A DNA stretch of 64,000 nucleotides from Verrucomicrobia bacterium Tous-C9LFEB (lineage in GTDB: Bacteria > Acidobacteriota > Terriglobia > Terriglobales > Acidobacteriaceae). Positions 1 to 10,593 of this stretch are shown piece after piece (position 1 is the stretch's first letter; each line of letters starts with the position of its first letter). The stretch spans positions 13,642-77,641 of the forward strand of contig CAZZWG010000001.1 of NCBI GenBank assembly GCA_964657685.1, read 5' to 3'. Made by a program: the position numbers and the translations under genes. A model generated the notes under the pieces. That model did no database searches. It saw only the letters and a list, made by a program, of their open reading frames with translations, and was not told the DNA's origin.

Positions 1-694
1 TGAAGGCAGAAGTGGCCTTGTCTGGCGAGAGATCGAACGGCGCTTTGCTTCGACCTACGGCGGTGACAGCATGGGTCGCAGCCGGCGTGTCCTGTGTGGA
101 GGTGTTTGCCTCCGGCCTGGTCATCTGCGCATTGCCACCTGTCTGAGTTGAACTCACACCCGCTGCGGGAGGTTGCGCACTCGGTTTCTGCTCCGGATGC
201 TGTACCGGCGGAGGAGGTTCCGGCCTGCAGTGCGCCACCGCGGCATCGCAGTGGAAGATCCCAGCGCGCGTGGTGATGACGAACCCGCCGTCTGCCGCAG
301 GCATGTACTCGGTGACGCCAAGCTCATCCGGCGCAATTGAAGCGTGAGAAGCCGCGCTTACGGCTCCCGCAACGTTTGAAACATCGAACGCGGCCCGGGT
401 AACTCCCGCGCGAGGGTCGGCGATCAAGTACGTCGCGCCTGCTGGCTGCATCAACGCATAGAACACGCGGCCATCCGGCAGATAGGAAATCCCGGTTACG
501 GTGTTCCTGATCAAAGGAAGAGTGTTGTAGTTCAGCCAGCGCTCCGCGTTGGCGTAATCCCGCGCCGTATACACCTGCTGGGAGTGGAGACTAAGAGATA
601 TAAACGGCAAGGAGAGTAGGGCGGCGCGGGAGAGAATACGAGCTGTCAGGTTAAGCCTCGTTGCTGGAAATTTGGAGGTAGACGATCGAGGCAT
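1..694 (-). CDS. S9 family peptidase / DPP-IV-like protein, N-terminal part (runs off the window)
   Basis: Manual translation from ATG at 694: MPRSSTSK...AALLSLPFISLSLHSQQVYTARDYANAERWLNYNTLPLI...YLIADPRAGVTRAAFD...SPDKATSAF. Open to the window edge; signal peptide plus N-terminal motifs typical of DPP-IV-like S9 peptidases. Confidence 0.65.
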   Translation of the reverse strand, partial: MPRSSTSKFPATRLNLTARILSRAALLSLPFISLSLHSQQVYTARDYANAERWLNYNTLPLIRNTVTGISYLPDGRVFYALMQPAGATYLIADPRAGVTRAAFDVSNVAGAVSAASHASIAPDELGVTEYMPAADGGFVITTRAGIFHCDAAVAHCRPEPPPPVQHPEQKPSAQPPAAGVSSTQTGGNAQMTRPEANTSTQDTPAATHAVTAVGRSKAPFDLSPDKATSAF

Positions 695-702
695 GCAGCC
701 CA

Positions 703-2121
703 TCAGCCCTCGGGCTCCGGATGCGGAGCGGATGCAGTTCCGGTCTTGCGAAGCCGCGCCAGGAGTTGACGCGGTCGCAGGGCATCGGGTGTATGCAGCA
801 TGGCCCCGAGGAAACCGCCCCAGGTATCGCCAGAGATCCGCAGGGAGGCCGGCAACACATAGAGATCCATGATGCACTCACTGAGAATCAGTGAAGCTGC
901 CGCGCCGAGCAAACCGAACTGCTTTGCCAACAAAACCGTGGCGAAGATTGTGACGCCTGTTGCCAGGACATAGTTGAGTGAAAGGCGGCGATGCTGGTTG
1001 ATGGCCATCATCAGTGTGGAACTGGTAGACCACAGCGAGTAGAAGAAAACACTTACCAGCAGCAGAAACAAAAGTTTTGGGCTGGGAGGAACGTTGTGCA
1101 AGGTCCAGTGCGTAAGGAACCACGGACCGACCGTGAGCATAAAGATGATGATCGCAAATGAAATGCCAAGAGCGAGTTGGCAACTGCGCCGGTGCAGTGA
1201 ACGCACAAGGGCGAGATTGCCTGCACCGAAGGAGATGGAAAGCTCGGGCCAGAACGTGTTGTTAACGAGTTGGACCATCTGAAGCGCCACACGCGACACC
1301 GTACGAGCGGTGGAGAAGATGACCACGTCGCCCGAGCCGAGCACATGACCAACAGCGAGCAAGGTTCCCTGCAGGTTGAGTGCATTCCCGATAGGAAAAC
1401 CCATAAACGCGAAGGCCGGCCCGGTAAGACGTTTGATCTCACCCCAATTGGCATATTGCCAACCGAAGCGAAGCCATGGGATGTCGCGACGCACGAAGAA
1501 GCAGAAGAGAATAGTGCCGACTCCGTTAGCAAGCGAGAGGGCGAGTGCGGCGGCCGCAGGACCATGCCCAAGCACAACAGGGATCAGCATGAGTGCGAAG
1601 GCCACGAGGGTCATCATGCTCTTGAGGAAGGTGCCGTAGGGATACTTGCCGACACAGGTATACGCGGCCCCGATGAGTTGTTCCAGTTGTCCAAGCGTGA
1701 CGGCGGTGCCGAGGCAAAAGATGACCCACTTGGCTTCTACTCCTGACATTTGCTGCAGCTTGAGCCAGTGCGCAAGGGGTGCAAAGTAGATGAGGGCTGC
1801 GAAGAGCAGAGTAACGGCTGAGCAGATACCGGCAATCAGCCACCAGCAGCTTTGAAAAACAGCGAGGGCGCCTTCCTGGTCCTCGCGCCCCATCATCATG
1901 GTCATTTCATTGCTGGCCACTGATCCAAAGCCGACATTAGAGAAGCTGAGATAGACAGGGATGGCGCTTACGAGGAGCCAATCACCAAACAGGTCTTTAC
2001 CCCAAAAGTGAAGGAAGACTGGAACCTGAATGAGCTGAATGAGGATACCGGCAAGTCTGCTGATCCAATTGGAGAGAAAGCCGAAGAGGAGCCTGCGGCG
2101 GGTTTCAGGATCTACTGACAA
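703..2121 (-). CDS. Wzx-like polysaccharide flippase (MOP superfamily)
   Basis: 472 aa with about 12 hydrophobic segments; N-terminal IQLIQVPVFLHFWGKDLFGDW and C-terminal FGLLGAA patterns typical of Wzx/RfbX exporters. Confidence 0.75.
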   Translation of the reverse strand: MSVDPETRRRLLFGFLSNWISRLAGILIQLIQVPVFLHFWGKDLFGDWLLVSAIPVYLSFSNVGFGSVASNEMTMMMGREDQEGALAVFQSCWWLIAGICSAVTLLFAALIYFAPLAHWLKLQQMSGVEAKWVIFCLGTAVTLGQLEQLIGAAYTCVGKYPYGTFLKSMMTLVAFALMLIPVVLGHGPAAAALALSLANGVGTILFCFFVRRDIPWLRFGWQYANWGEIKRLTGPAFAFMGFPIGNALNLQGTLLAVGHVLGSGDVVIFSTARTVSRVALQMVQLVNNTFWPELSISFGAGNLALVRSLHRRSCQLALGISFAIIIFMLTVGPWFLTHWTLHNVPPSPKLLFLLLVSVFFYSLWSTSSTLMMAINQHRRLSLNYVLATGVTIFATVLLAKQFGLLGAAASLILSECIMDLYVLPASLRISGDTWGGFLGAMLHTPDALRPRQLLARLRKTGTASAPHPEPEG

Positions 2122-2192
2122 AGGGACCGCTCCTGGACGCGTTCAGCTCGCCGGCACTGCCCTCCATTCTACAGGGCGAGCTTCTGTGACCA

Positions 2193-3971
2193 TCAACGCG
2201 CACGTTCGAGGTCGAGCCCTAGTTTCTCGTGCAATAACTGCATGAGCATGGCTTGATCTCCACGTCTTTGCGCTTCGGTCATCTGGAGGCGCACCTCCCG
2301 GCCCCGACGCTCAAGATAGCGTTCGCGGAGGGACTCGAGGGCGCTGGCCACCTCTGAAGGTGAGCTTTCGTGTTCGGGTCCATTGACCTCACTGGAGACG
2401 TGGAGCGCGCTGGCGAGGAGGGCGCGCGAGGCTTGGTCGGGTGCTGCCTCCAGCGGGTTTTCGGGCGGAGGACCGCTTACGAGGACATCGATGACGGCGG
2501 CGGTGGGCAAGTCCTCGAACCACTGCGGATGCGCCCCGAGTTTCTCGGCGGCGAGGGCGCGGGAGGAGTCGGCCTCGGGAAGGACCAAGGCGCAGAGAAG
2601 GATTCGCTCGACCTCAGTGACTGCCTGAGGCTGAGCCGCACGGACGCTTTCGAGGCGATGTTCGGCAGCTTGACGGACCTCTTTGAGGACCATCGTGGAG
2701 TCGATGCCGAGCTTCTGAGCGGCGTTGACGGCTACTTCCGTGCGTACCATCGCGTTGGGAATTCGGCGAAGGTGAGGAAGGAGGAAGTTCAGGGCTTTGA
2801 CGCGCTGTTCCGGGGTGCGTGTGCCGATATTCTTCTGAGCGCGGCCAATGAGAAAGTCGGTCCAGGGGACATTGTTGCGTAGGAGTTGCATGTACTCGCG
2901 GGCACCTTGATCGCGGATGAAGGAGTCGGGGTCCTGCCCTTCTGGCATAAGCGCTACGCCGACTTCGAAGCCCTCCTCGACGAGGGGTCCTATGATCTCT
3001 TCGGCGGCGTGTATGCCGGGTTCGTCGCCATCGAAGTTCAGGACTACCTTGCGGGTGAAGCGGGCGAGGAGATGGATCTGGTGCTCAGTGAATTTTGTGC
3101 CGCTGCTGGCGATTACATTACCGATTCCGGCAAGGAAAACGGAGAGGCAATCCATCTGGCCTTCGACCAGGACTACGCTGTCGGTTTCCTTGATGCCGGG
3201 TTTTGCCTTGTCGAGGTTGAAGAGGACGTGGCCCTTGATATAGAGCGGAGTTTCAGGCGAGTTGACGTACTTGCCACCGGCCTTGGGGTCGCTAGTGTCG
3301 AGGAGCCGGCCGGTGAAGGCAATGGGCTTACCCGACTCGTTGCAGATGGGGAAGATGATCCGCTTACGGAAGTGCGGATACATGGGGCCGGGTTCGCCGT
3401 CGTCAGCTTGTTTACTGTTGAAGAGACCGCTAGCGCGTAAAACGTCTTCTTTGAAGAATTTGAGCATGCGGTCACGCATGTCGTTCCAGCTTTCGGGAGC
3501 GTAGCCGACGCGGAAGAGCTTGACTGCTTCCGAAGAGAGACCGCGGCCGGCGATATATTCACGGGCGCGGGCGGCTTCAGGAGACTGGAGGTTTCCCTGG
3601 AAGTATTGGGTGGCGGCTTCGTAGACTTCGAGGAGCACGCGACGCAGACCGGCTTCTCGGGCTTCCTCGGGTGAGTTCCACTCGCGTTTGGGCAGGGGAA
3701 TGCCCATTTTTTGAGCGACGGCGCGGACGGCTTCGGGGAAACTCAGACTTTCCATCTTCATGACGAAGCTGAAGACGTCGCCGTGCTCATGGCAGCCGAA
3801 GCAGTAGTAGCTGCCGCTGTTCGGATAGAGATAGAAGGAGCCGGAGCGTTCTTTGTGGAAAGGACAGAGAGCGTTCCAATTAGCGCCCGACTTGCGCAGC
3901 TTCAGGTACTCCCCAAGAATGCGGACGATGTCTGTCTGCTGCTTTACGGTTTGGGCGAAGCTGTCGGCCAT
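2193..3971 (-). CDS. dnaG: DNA primase
   Basis: Zn-binding CPFH...CFGC, RIIFPI, KYVNSPET, TOPRIM VEGQMD and FDGDEPG, and DPD motif. Confidence 0.97.
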   Translation of the reverse strand: MADSFAQTVKQQTDIVRILGEYLKLRKSGANWNALCPFHKERSGSFYLYPNSGSYYCFGCHEHGDVFSFVMKMESLSFPEAVRAVAQKMGIPLPKREWNSPEEAREAGLRRVLLEVYEAATQYFQGNLQSPEAARAREYIAGRGLSSEAVKLFRVGYAPESWNDMRDRMLKFFKEDVLRASGLFNSKQADDGEPGPMYPHFRKRIIFPICNESGKPIAFTGRLLDTSDPKAGGKYVNSPETPLYIKGHVLFNLDKAKPGIKETDSVVLVEGQMDCLSVFLAGIGNVIASSGTKFTEHQIHLLARFTRKVVLNFDGDEPGIHAAEEIIGPLVEEGFEVGVALMPEGQDPDSFIRDQGAREYMQLLRNNVPWTDFLIGRAQKNIGTRTPEQRVKALNFLLPHLRRIPNAMVRTEVAVNAAQKLGIDSTMVLKEVRQAAEHRLESVRAAQPQAVTEVERILLCALVLPEADSSRALAAEKLGAHPQWFEDLPTAAVIDVLVSGPPPENPLEAAPDQASRALLASALHVSSEVNGPEHESSPSEVASALESLRERYLERRGREVRLQMTEAQRRGDQAMLMQLLHEKLGLDLERAR

Positions 3972-4107
3972 AAGCTGATTTCAGTGTAGAGGGCAGTGAG
4001 CCCGCATTTCTAGCGTAGCTACCAGCATTCGCGTTGTCGCCCGAAGCCAAGGCCAAGAGCCCTCGATGAACGGCAACATCAGGCTAAGATCCACCTACAA
4101 TTACGAG

Positions 4108-4929
4108 ATGCTTACTGCAGCGGCGCGAAGCCGGTTGGCCGTTGTGCTGGTAGGAGCGCGGAATCCCCAGAACATTGGGGCAGTGGCGCGGGCCATGCAC
4201 GACTTCGGCTTCAGTGATCTCCGCGTGGTGAATCCCTTCACTTTGCCCTTCGAGGCGGCACAGATGGAGGCGACTTCCGCTGTGAATGCCGGGACAGTGA
4301 TGCGTTCGGCTCGAGTATTCAGTTCGCTCCCAGAGGCGATTGCCGACTGCGGTCTGGTTGCCGGCACTACCGCGGTAGGGGAACGCGGCCTACGCCAACC
4401 CGTATTTACCCTGCAGGGAGTAGCTCCCACTCTGTTTGCTGCTATGTCCGGTGACTCACAGGAAGAAAAGCGCAAGACGCCGGAAAGCGCCGAGGATGGT
4501 GCAATGGGAACGACCGAGAAAATCGCTCTACTTTTCGGTTCGGAGAAGACCGGATTGACGAAGGAGGAATTGAGCTATTGTTCGCTGCTGCTCACGATAC
4601 CGATGTTTGCTCCAGAGGGCAGGCATCTGTCGATGAACCTGGGGCAAGCGGCGGCGGTTTGTCTCTACGAGCTCACACGACTGGGGTTTGAGGGAGCTCG
4701 AGCAATCCCCACTGTAACGACGAAGCCGGCTTCGGTACAGGACGAGGAGCGGCTCTTAGCCATGTTGCTTCAGACGATGGAAAGCTCTGGCTATGCGAGG
4801 CGCTTCCCAGCCAATGCAAGACTTGAGGTTGTACGACCGCTAGCAAGGCAGATGAGCACTACGGTTGAGCAGTCGGCCACGTGGATGGGCTTCTTCCGAC
4901 AAATCGCTCGAGCCTTAGGGAAGGGCTGA
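4108..4929 (+). CDS. TrmJ/LasT-family SPOUT RNA methyltransferase
   Basis: VVLVGARNPQNIGAVARAM, ALLFGSEKTGLTKEEL and SMNLGQA motifs. Start placed at ATG 4108. Confidence 0.85.
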   Translation: MLTAAARSRLAVVLVGARNPQNIGAVARAMHDFGFSDLRVVNPFTLPFEAAQMEATSAVNAGTVMRSARVFSSLPEAIADCGLVAGTTAVGERGLRQPVFTLQGVAPTLFAAMSGDSQEEKRKTPESAEDGAMGTTEKIALLFGSEKTGLTKEELSYCSLLLTIPMFAPEGRHLSMNLGQAAAVCLYELTRLGFEGARAIPTVTTKPASVQDEERLLAMLLQTMESSGYARRFPANARLEVVRPLARQMSTTVEQSATWMGFFRQIARALGKG

Positions 4930-4978
4930 TGCTTTAGTTGAGGCAATGCGTGAGGATAAAAGGGCGCAAAGCTGCGGC

Positions 4979-5332
4979 TTACCAGGTTCCCCACGAGCGG
5001 CTTACGTAATCACTCATCGTCATGACTATGAGCACCAGGAAGACGAAGAAGCCGGAGCCGATCGTCATCTTGATGAGCCTAGACTGGTACTTAGCGTGCA
5101 TGAAAAAAAGAATGACGATTACGGCTTTGAAGCAGGCGATTCCCAGTGCGATCACAGGATTTGCCCATTTCAGATCGATAAACGCTGCGCCGACTGTGAT
5201 CAAGGTGAAGACGAGGAGCGTACCGAAAACTAGAACGTACTGTATCGGGGTCACGATGTGATGCTCGGCGTGTTCCGGATTCGTGACGTTCAGATCGTCA
5301 CCTGCCGGGGCGGTCTGCGCTTGGTGTGCCAT
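4979..5332 (-). CDS. Cytochrome c oxidase subunit IV family protein
   Basis: Three TM helices, KAVIVILFFMH motif; last gene of the oxidase operon. Confidence 0.88.
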   Translation of the reverse strand: MAHQAQTAPAGDDLNVTNPEHAEHHIVTPIQYVLVFGTLLVFTLITVGAAFIDLKWANPVIALGIACFKAVIVILFFMHAKYQSRLIKMTIGSGFFVFLVLIVMTMSDYVSRSWGTW

Positions 5333-5368
5333 GAGTTCCTCGAATGGCCGCTCTGGTTGCGGCTGTGA

Positions 5369-6148
5369 CTACTTCAATGGATGTCGATTGATGAGATAGA
5401 GCAGAGGGAAGAGAAAGAGCCAAACTATATCGACAAAGTGCCAGTACAAGCCGAAGTTCTCGATGGGCGCCACGTACCCCGAGGTGAACTCACCTCTCTG
5501 CGCGCGCAGAATGAGCCAGCCAAGAAGCCCCAGACCAATGATCATGTGCAGGGCGTGCATTCCGGTCATAGCAAAGTAGAGGAAGAAGAAGATCTGGGTA
5601 CGCTCCGCCACATCCGGCGGAAGTGGATCGCTAATCATCTTGCCGTGTCTGTCGAGGGGCGGATGTACGAATTGAGAGATGGAGAAGTCATTGCCGGGAA
5701 CGTGGTGCAGCTCGAACTTCTCATGGTACTCGTCATATTTCACGCCAAGGAATGCGATACCGAAGACGGTCGTCAAAACGAGAGTGAGGACCAGAGTACC
5801 TTGCTTCCGCACCTCGGCGGCCCAGACGGCGAGGGCCATGAAGAACCCGGAGGTGATGAGGATCGCGGTGTTAATTGCGCCTTCGTAGATGTTGAGAGTG
5901 TTGGAAGCTGCAGCGAAAGCGGGATAGTACCAATTTCTATAAAGAAGGTAGGCGAAGAACATGCCGCCGAAGAACATGATTTCGGTGAGCAGGAACAGCC
6001 ACATTCCGAAGGAGCCCGCTTCGCGCTGCTGCTCCTCCGTTTCAAAGTGATGGCGGTGCTGCGGAAGCGAGACATGGCTATGGAGCTCCGGGTGCGCCGT
6101 TGCGGTAGCAGTGTGGGGGCTAATGCCGGTCGTGATGGCGTTATCCAA
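5369..6148 (-). CDS. ctaE: Cytochrome c oxidase subunit III
   Basis: [21 protein letters not shown] and [11 protein letters not shown] motifs. Confidence 0.93.
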   Translation of the reverse strand: MDNAITTGISPHTATATAHPELHSHVSLPQHRHHFETEEQQREAGSFGMWLFLLTEIMFFGGMFFAYLLYRNWYYPAFAAASNTLNIYEGAINTAILITSGFFMALAVWAAEVRKQGTLVLTLVLTTVFGIAFLGVKYDEYHEKFELHHVPGNDFSISQFVHPPLDRHGKMISDPLPPDVAERTQIFFFLYFAMTGMHALHMIIGLGLLGWLILRAQRGEFTSGYVAPIENFGLYWHFVDIVWLFLFPLLYLINRHPLK

Positions 6149-7808
6149 CGGTTGTCACCTCATGCTGCTTGCGTTCCAGCCATTCGTAGTCATAGGCTTC
6201 GTGATCCATGACGGGCGTCTCGATGAAGTTTTCGGTCAAGGGGGGAGACTGAATCTGCCACTCGAGACCGGTCGCCTGCCAGGGATTCTCGCCTGCGATG
6301 GCGCCGTACTTCAAGGACCAGCCAAGGTATAGAAGCGGAAGCATGTAGCCTACGCCAAGAACGGTGGCACCGGCTGTGGAGAGTACGTTCAGAACCTGAA
6401 ACTCCGCGGGGTAGGCGTGATATCGGCGCGGCATGCCGAGGTAGCCCAGCACGAACTGCGGCATGAAGGTGAGAAAGAACCCGATGAAGGTGGTGACGGC
6501 TGCGAGTTTGGAAAGCGGCTCGGAATACATACGGCCCGTCATCTTCGGCCACCAGAAGTGGATCCCGGACAGGAAAGCCATAAGCATGCCACCCACCATC
6601 ACGAAGTGGAAGTGCGCGACGACGAAGTAAGTCTCGGTGAGATGGATGTCCATGCCGAGGGAGCCAAGGAAGACACCGGTAAGACCGCCTATGGTGAACA
6701 GACCGATAAATCCGAACGCATAAAGCATGGGGGTTTCAAAGGTCACGGACCCCTTCTGCATGGTGAAGGTCCAGTTGAAGATTTTGATGGCAGAGGGAAC
6801 GGCTACCAGCATAGTAAGCAGCGAGAAGACGAGCGCGGAGTAGTTGGACACACCCATGATGAACATATGGTGCTCCCATACGAAGAAGCCGAAGAGCGCG
6901 ATGGCCACCGAAGAGAATGCGACAGCGGTGTAGCCGAACACCCGCTTACGACTAAAAGTCGACATGACTTCTGAGATCACCCCCATTCCCGGCAGGATCA
7001 TGATGTAGACGGCGGGATGCGAATAGAACCAGAAGAGATGTTGGAACAGAAGGGGGTCGCCGCCTTTGGACGGGTCGAACACGCCGATGTTGAAGACTCG
7101 CTCCAAAGCTACAAGCACAATAGCAATCGCAAGAACCGGGGTGCCGAGAACCATCAGAAGGGACGCTGCATAGTTCGACCAGCAGAAAAGCGGGAGTCGG
7201 AACCACGTCATGCCGGGGCAGCGCATGCGGTGCAGGGTGACGATAAAGTTGAGGCCGGTGAAGATGGAGGAGAAGCCTGCAATGAAGATCGCGGTGGCCG
7301 CGGTAAGCACATGGGTGTTCAGGTAGTGCGTCGAGAGAGGCGTTGTGAAGGTCCAGCCCGTGTCGACACCGCCGAGAACGAGGGCGGCGAGGGTCAGGGT
7401 CCCACCGATCAGGTAGAGATACCAGCTGAGGAGATTGATCTTGGGGAATGCAAGATCCTTAGCACCGATCATGATCGGAATGAGGAAGTTCCCAAGGGTC
7501 GCAGGTACCGAGGGGACCAGAAACAAAAAGATCATCACGATACCGTGCATGGTGAAGAACTTGTTGTAGGTGTCCGATGCGACAAGATCCGGCTGGGGTG
7601 TCAAGAGTTCAAGGCGAATAAGGCCAGCGAAGGCGCCGCCGATGAAGAAGAAAAAGGTAATCGAGATGAGGTACAGCATCGCGATGCGCTTGTGGTCGCC
7701 GGTCAGAAGCCAACTCAGGAGGCCGTGCTCATTGTTGATGTAATTCCGCTTGGGCAACCTGGCCGTGGTCTGGTCAGGCAACGAGACGATTGTGGAGGCG
7801 CTACTCAT
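6141..7808 (-). CDS. ctaD: Cytochrome c oxidase subunit I (A2-type heme-copper oxidase)
   Basis: [18 protein letters not shown] (YS variant marks type A2), WEHHMF and VAHFHFV motifs. Confidence 0.96.
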   Translation of the reverse strand: MSSASTIVSLPDQTTARLPKRNYINNEHGLLSWLLTGDHKRIAMLYLISITFFFFIGGAFAGLIRLELLTPQPDLVASDTYNKFFTMHGIVMIFLFLVPSVPATLGNFLIPIMIGAKDLAFPKINLLSWYLYLIGGTLTLAALVLGGVDTGWTFTTPLSTHYLNTHVLTAATAIFIAGFSSIFTGLNFIVTLHRMRCPGMTWFRLPLFCWSNYAASLLMVLGTPVLAIAIVLVALERVFNIGVFDPSKGGDPLLFQHLFWFYSHPAVYIMILPGMGVISEVMSTFSRKRVFGYTAVAFSSVAIALFGFFVWEHHMFIMGVSNYSALVFSLLTMLVAVPSAIKIFNWTFTMQKGSVTFETPMLYAFGFIGLFTIGGLTGVFLGSLGMDIHLTETYFVVAHFHFVMVGGMLMAFLSGIHFWWPKMTGRMYSEPLSKLAAVTTFIGFFLTFMPQFVLGYLGMPRRYHAYPAEFQVLNVLSTAGATVLGVGYMLPLLYLGWSLKYGAIAGENPWQATGLEWQIQSPPLTENFIETPVMDHEAYDYEWLERKQHEVTTVG

Positions 7809-8866
7809 GGCTTCACCGTTTCCGTGGTCGGCGACACCGCAGGAGACGACGGTGCAGCCTGATTGCTGTCTGAGGTGACCAGCGTCTGCTGGACCCGATA
7901 ATTGGACTGCATATTCTTGATGTATTCGACCAGGGAGATCAAGCCATCCTCACTGATCTGGCCCTGATAGGTTGGCATGATGGGCGCGAACCCGGCAGGC
8001 ACGTGTTGCGACGGATTGAGGATGGATTCGCGCAGGTAGGCATCATTCACCAAGACCTGGCTGTTATCGGCCATCGTGAGACGTGAACCGTAGATGCCGT
8101 ACAGGTTGGGTCCACGAGCGGCAGCATTGCCACTGTGGCAGGCATTGCAACCCATGCTGGCGAAGAGGCGCTCACCATTTTGCGCGAGGCTCATGCCGGA
8201 GGTGGACTGTTTGAGCCACTGCTCATAATCTTCCGGGGTCAGCGCGGTGATCTGACCAATCATGCCGGAATGCAGGGTTCCGCAATATTGCGTACAGAAG
8301 AGATGGTAAACACCGGGAGACGTAGCCTGGAACCACACCGTGGAGTAACGACCGGGGATTACTTCGCGCTTTACCCGAAAATCGGGGATGGAGAAGCTGT
8401 GGAAGACGTCTTGCGAGATCATCGTGAGCTGAACAGGGCGCCCTGTGGGGATGTGGAGGGCATTGATTTCATGCTGTCCGCCCGGATGCTCCGCCTTCCA
8501 CATCCATTGTTTGCCGATGATGTACACGTTCATGGCATTGACGGGTGGGTTATAGATACGGAAATAAAGGAGAGCACCCCATACGAAGACAACCAGGAAG
8601 ATCCCGAGGGGGATGATCGTCCAGGTAGCCTCAAGCAGGGTCGACCCCTCGACCTGGGTAGCTACCGGGCTGCGTGACTTGCGATAACGGACGGCAAAGC
8701 CGAAGACGAGCGCGACGACCAGGAAAACGCCGAAGAGCGTCATGGCGAGCAGGAAGAAGTACAGCGCGTCCACATAGGGCGCGATGGTGGAGGCCTCGGA
8801 CGGGAAAAGGGCCGAGTTGTGCAGCCACTTAACTAAAAATTCCCAGAGAACTGGACTGATACCCAT
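7805..8866 (-). CDS. coxB: Cytochrome c oxidase subunit II with C-terminal cytochrome c domain (caa3-type)
   Basis: [14 protein letters not shown], CuA site DVFHSF...[12 protein letters not shown], then CNACH heme c motif. Confidence 0.95.
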   Translation of the reverse strand: MGISPVLWEFLVKWLHNSALFPSEASTIAPYVDALYFFLLAMTLFGVFLVVALVFGFAVRYRKSRSPVATQVEGSTLLEATWTIIPLGIFLVVFVWGALLYFRIYNPPVNAMNVYIIGKQWMWKAEHPGGQHEINALHIPTGRPVQLTMISQDVFHSFSIPDFRVKREVIPGRYSTVWFQATSPGVYHLFCTQYCGTLHSGMIGQITALTPEDYEQWLKQSTSGMSLAQNGERLFASMGCNACHSGNAAARGPNLYGIYGSRLTMADNSQVLVNDAYLRESILNPSQHVPAGFAPIMPTYQGQISEDGLISLVEYIKNMQSNYRVQQTLVTSDSNQAAPSSPAVSPTTETVKP

Positions 8867-8873
8867 TGTTTCC

Positions 8874-9821
8874 TTATGCTATCCGGCGCGGGTCGCGCCC
8901 TTGAGTGAGGATCTGCTCCCGGCCGGAGGTGAAGTCGCGCCGGAACATAACGAAGAGAAAGGTGCCTAGAGCTAAAAGCGTCAGCATACCGGCTACCTGA
9001 ACGACACGAGCGACAATGAGCGAGTGCCGGTTGGTCTGCGGATCGTAGTGGTAGCAGTAGGTGAGGATATTCGCGACGGGCGAACCGATTTTGTTGCCGG
9101 AAGCGTCAATCAGGCCCAGAAGAATGTCCTTGGGGGAATATTCGACCCCCAGATAATACTGCGCGATCCTTCCCTGGGGCGTCAGCAGTTCGATGGAGCT
9201 TGCGTGCGCGAACTGCGTGAGGCGACCGTCCGGACCAGGGACCCTGACATATCCAAAGCCGACGGCCTGCGTCACGGGGTCGATGGAGGTTTTTGGACCG
9301 GTGAGGAAGTGCCAGCCTTCCGCCGTTTCCGGATGGCCATAGCGCTTAAGATAGAAGGCCTTGTTCTTGGCAGCCAGTTGTGGCCCCTCACTGGGGTCAA
9401 TAGAGACGACGATGATCTGGAAATCTTTGCCCGGCCGCAGATGCACCATCTCCAGCGAACTGGTCAAGCCATCCATCTCTTCGGAACAAAGCATTGGGCA
9501 GTTATAGTAGACGAGCGCAAGAACTGCGGGATGTTTCCCGTCGAAGTAGTCCCCGAGGGTTACAGCTTTTCCGGTCTCATCTGTGAACGACGCTGCCAGC
9601 GGAAGCTGCGTGTTCAGGTGCTGATTGACCTGGACTCGTTGCAACACCGTGGGAAGTTCATCGCCATGTGAAGTTCCCTGCGCCTTATCACCGTAGCTCG
9701 AAACCTGGGCGGAGAGAGGCAGAGAAAGAAGGCACAGAAGACACGCGACGGCCTGGGAAGCGGAGTGCCGGAGAACCCCGTGTGGGGACCGGTAGCGCCG
9801 GATTGTCGGGTTCCAGTACAT
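8874..9821 (-). CDS. SCO1/SenC family copper chaperone
   Basis: YYNCPMLC (CxxxC), WHFLTG and FAHAS motifs plus a C-terminal TM. Start re-assigned to ATG 9821 to avoid a long overlap. Confidence 0.88.
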   Translation of the reverse strand: MYWNPTIRRYRSPHGVLRHSASQAVACLLCLLSLPLSAQVSSYGDKAQGTSHGDELPTVLQRVQVNQHLNTQLPLAASFTDETGKAVTLGDYFDGKHPAVLALVYYNCPMLCSEEMDGLTSSLEMVHLRPGKDFQIIVVSIDPSEGPQLAAKNKAFYLKRYGHPETAEGWHFLTGPKTSIDPVTQAVGFGYVRVPGPDGRLTQFAHASSIELLTPQGRIAQYYLGVEYSPKDILLGLIDASGNKIGSPVANILTYCYHYDPQTNRHSLIVARVVQVAGMLTLLALGTFLFVMFRRDFTSGREQILTQGRDPRRIA

Positions 9822-9906
9822 GCTCTCTCTCAGTGTAGGGCCGGTCGTTCGGGAATCAATGTTTGCTTTCCGATATCCGCGCGTACCGTGGCACGGCCTC
9901 AAAGTT

Positions 9907-10593
9907 CTAGCGCTTCGCTTCTGCCTGACTGAACTCCAGTCTCTGCTCTCTTGCTGCCATCTGATCCAGCTCATACCCGGTACGGGCGAAACCATCTGTA
10001 AGAGGGGCGGAGACAACGGGTGGAGCATCGCCGGCCATCTGCGTGCCGACACTGTGGACTCCACCAACAGGCTGGGGCAGGCCACGCTGCGCAACCAGCT
10101 GCATGGCACGCTCAATCGGGATACGAACGGCGCCAGTCGGCAAATCGGACCCGGTGCTGTAGTTCTCTAGCAGAAGATCCTCCCGCGCGTGCATGTCGGC
10201 GGTGTCCTGATTGCCGTCATCGGTTTGAAGGCGTGGCGTAGGAAAGTTCCTGGTCATGCTGGCATATTCACGCTGTTCCAAGGTGACGTTCGAAGTAAGA
10301 TCCTCGCGTTTACGTGCGACCTCGTTCTCGTGGCCGGGCATTCCGCCGTGCCATTTATCAGCAGGGCCATCCTCTTTGAGCAGACCCGTATTGATGGCCT
10401 TACCCATTACGAAGCAGAAGAGGAAGAAAACGATGAGAAATCCGGACAAGCCGGCAAGAAACGTGATGATGCCACCCACGTTTACATCCTGGATTTCGTA
10501 GCCGGGGTTCTCGTCGTTACGATCTCGGCTGGGAATGGGGCTCTGCCCGTCGGGGCGGAGCGCGTCGTGACCTTCGCGTGGGTTAGTGGGCAT
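9907..10593 (-). CDS. Single-TM protein of the ACIII/oxidase operon (ActG-like)
   Basis: GYEIQDVN before one TM helix, PTPRLQ and RIPIERAM motifs; position between actF and sco. Confidence 0.55.
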   Translation of the reverse strand: MPTNPREGHDALRPDGQSPIPSRDRNDENPGYEIQDVNVGGIITFLAGLSGFLIVFFLFCFVMGKAINTGLLKEDGPADKWHGGMPGHENEVARKREDLTSNVTLEQREYASMTRNFPTPRLQTDDGNQDTADMHAREDLLLENYSTGSDLPTGAVRIPIERAMQLVAQRGLPQPVGGVHSVGTQMAGDAPPVVSAPLTDGFARTGYELDQMAAREQRLEFSQAEAKR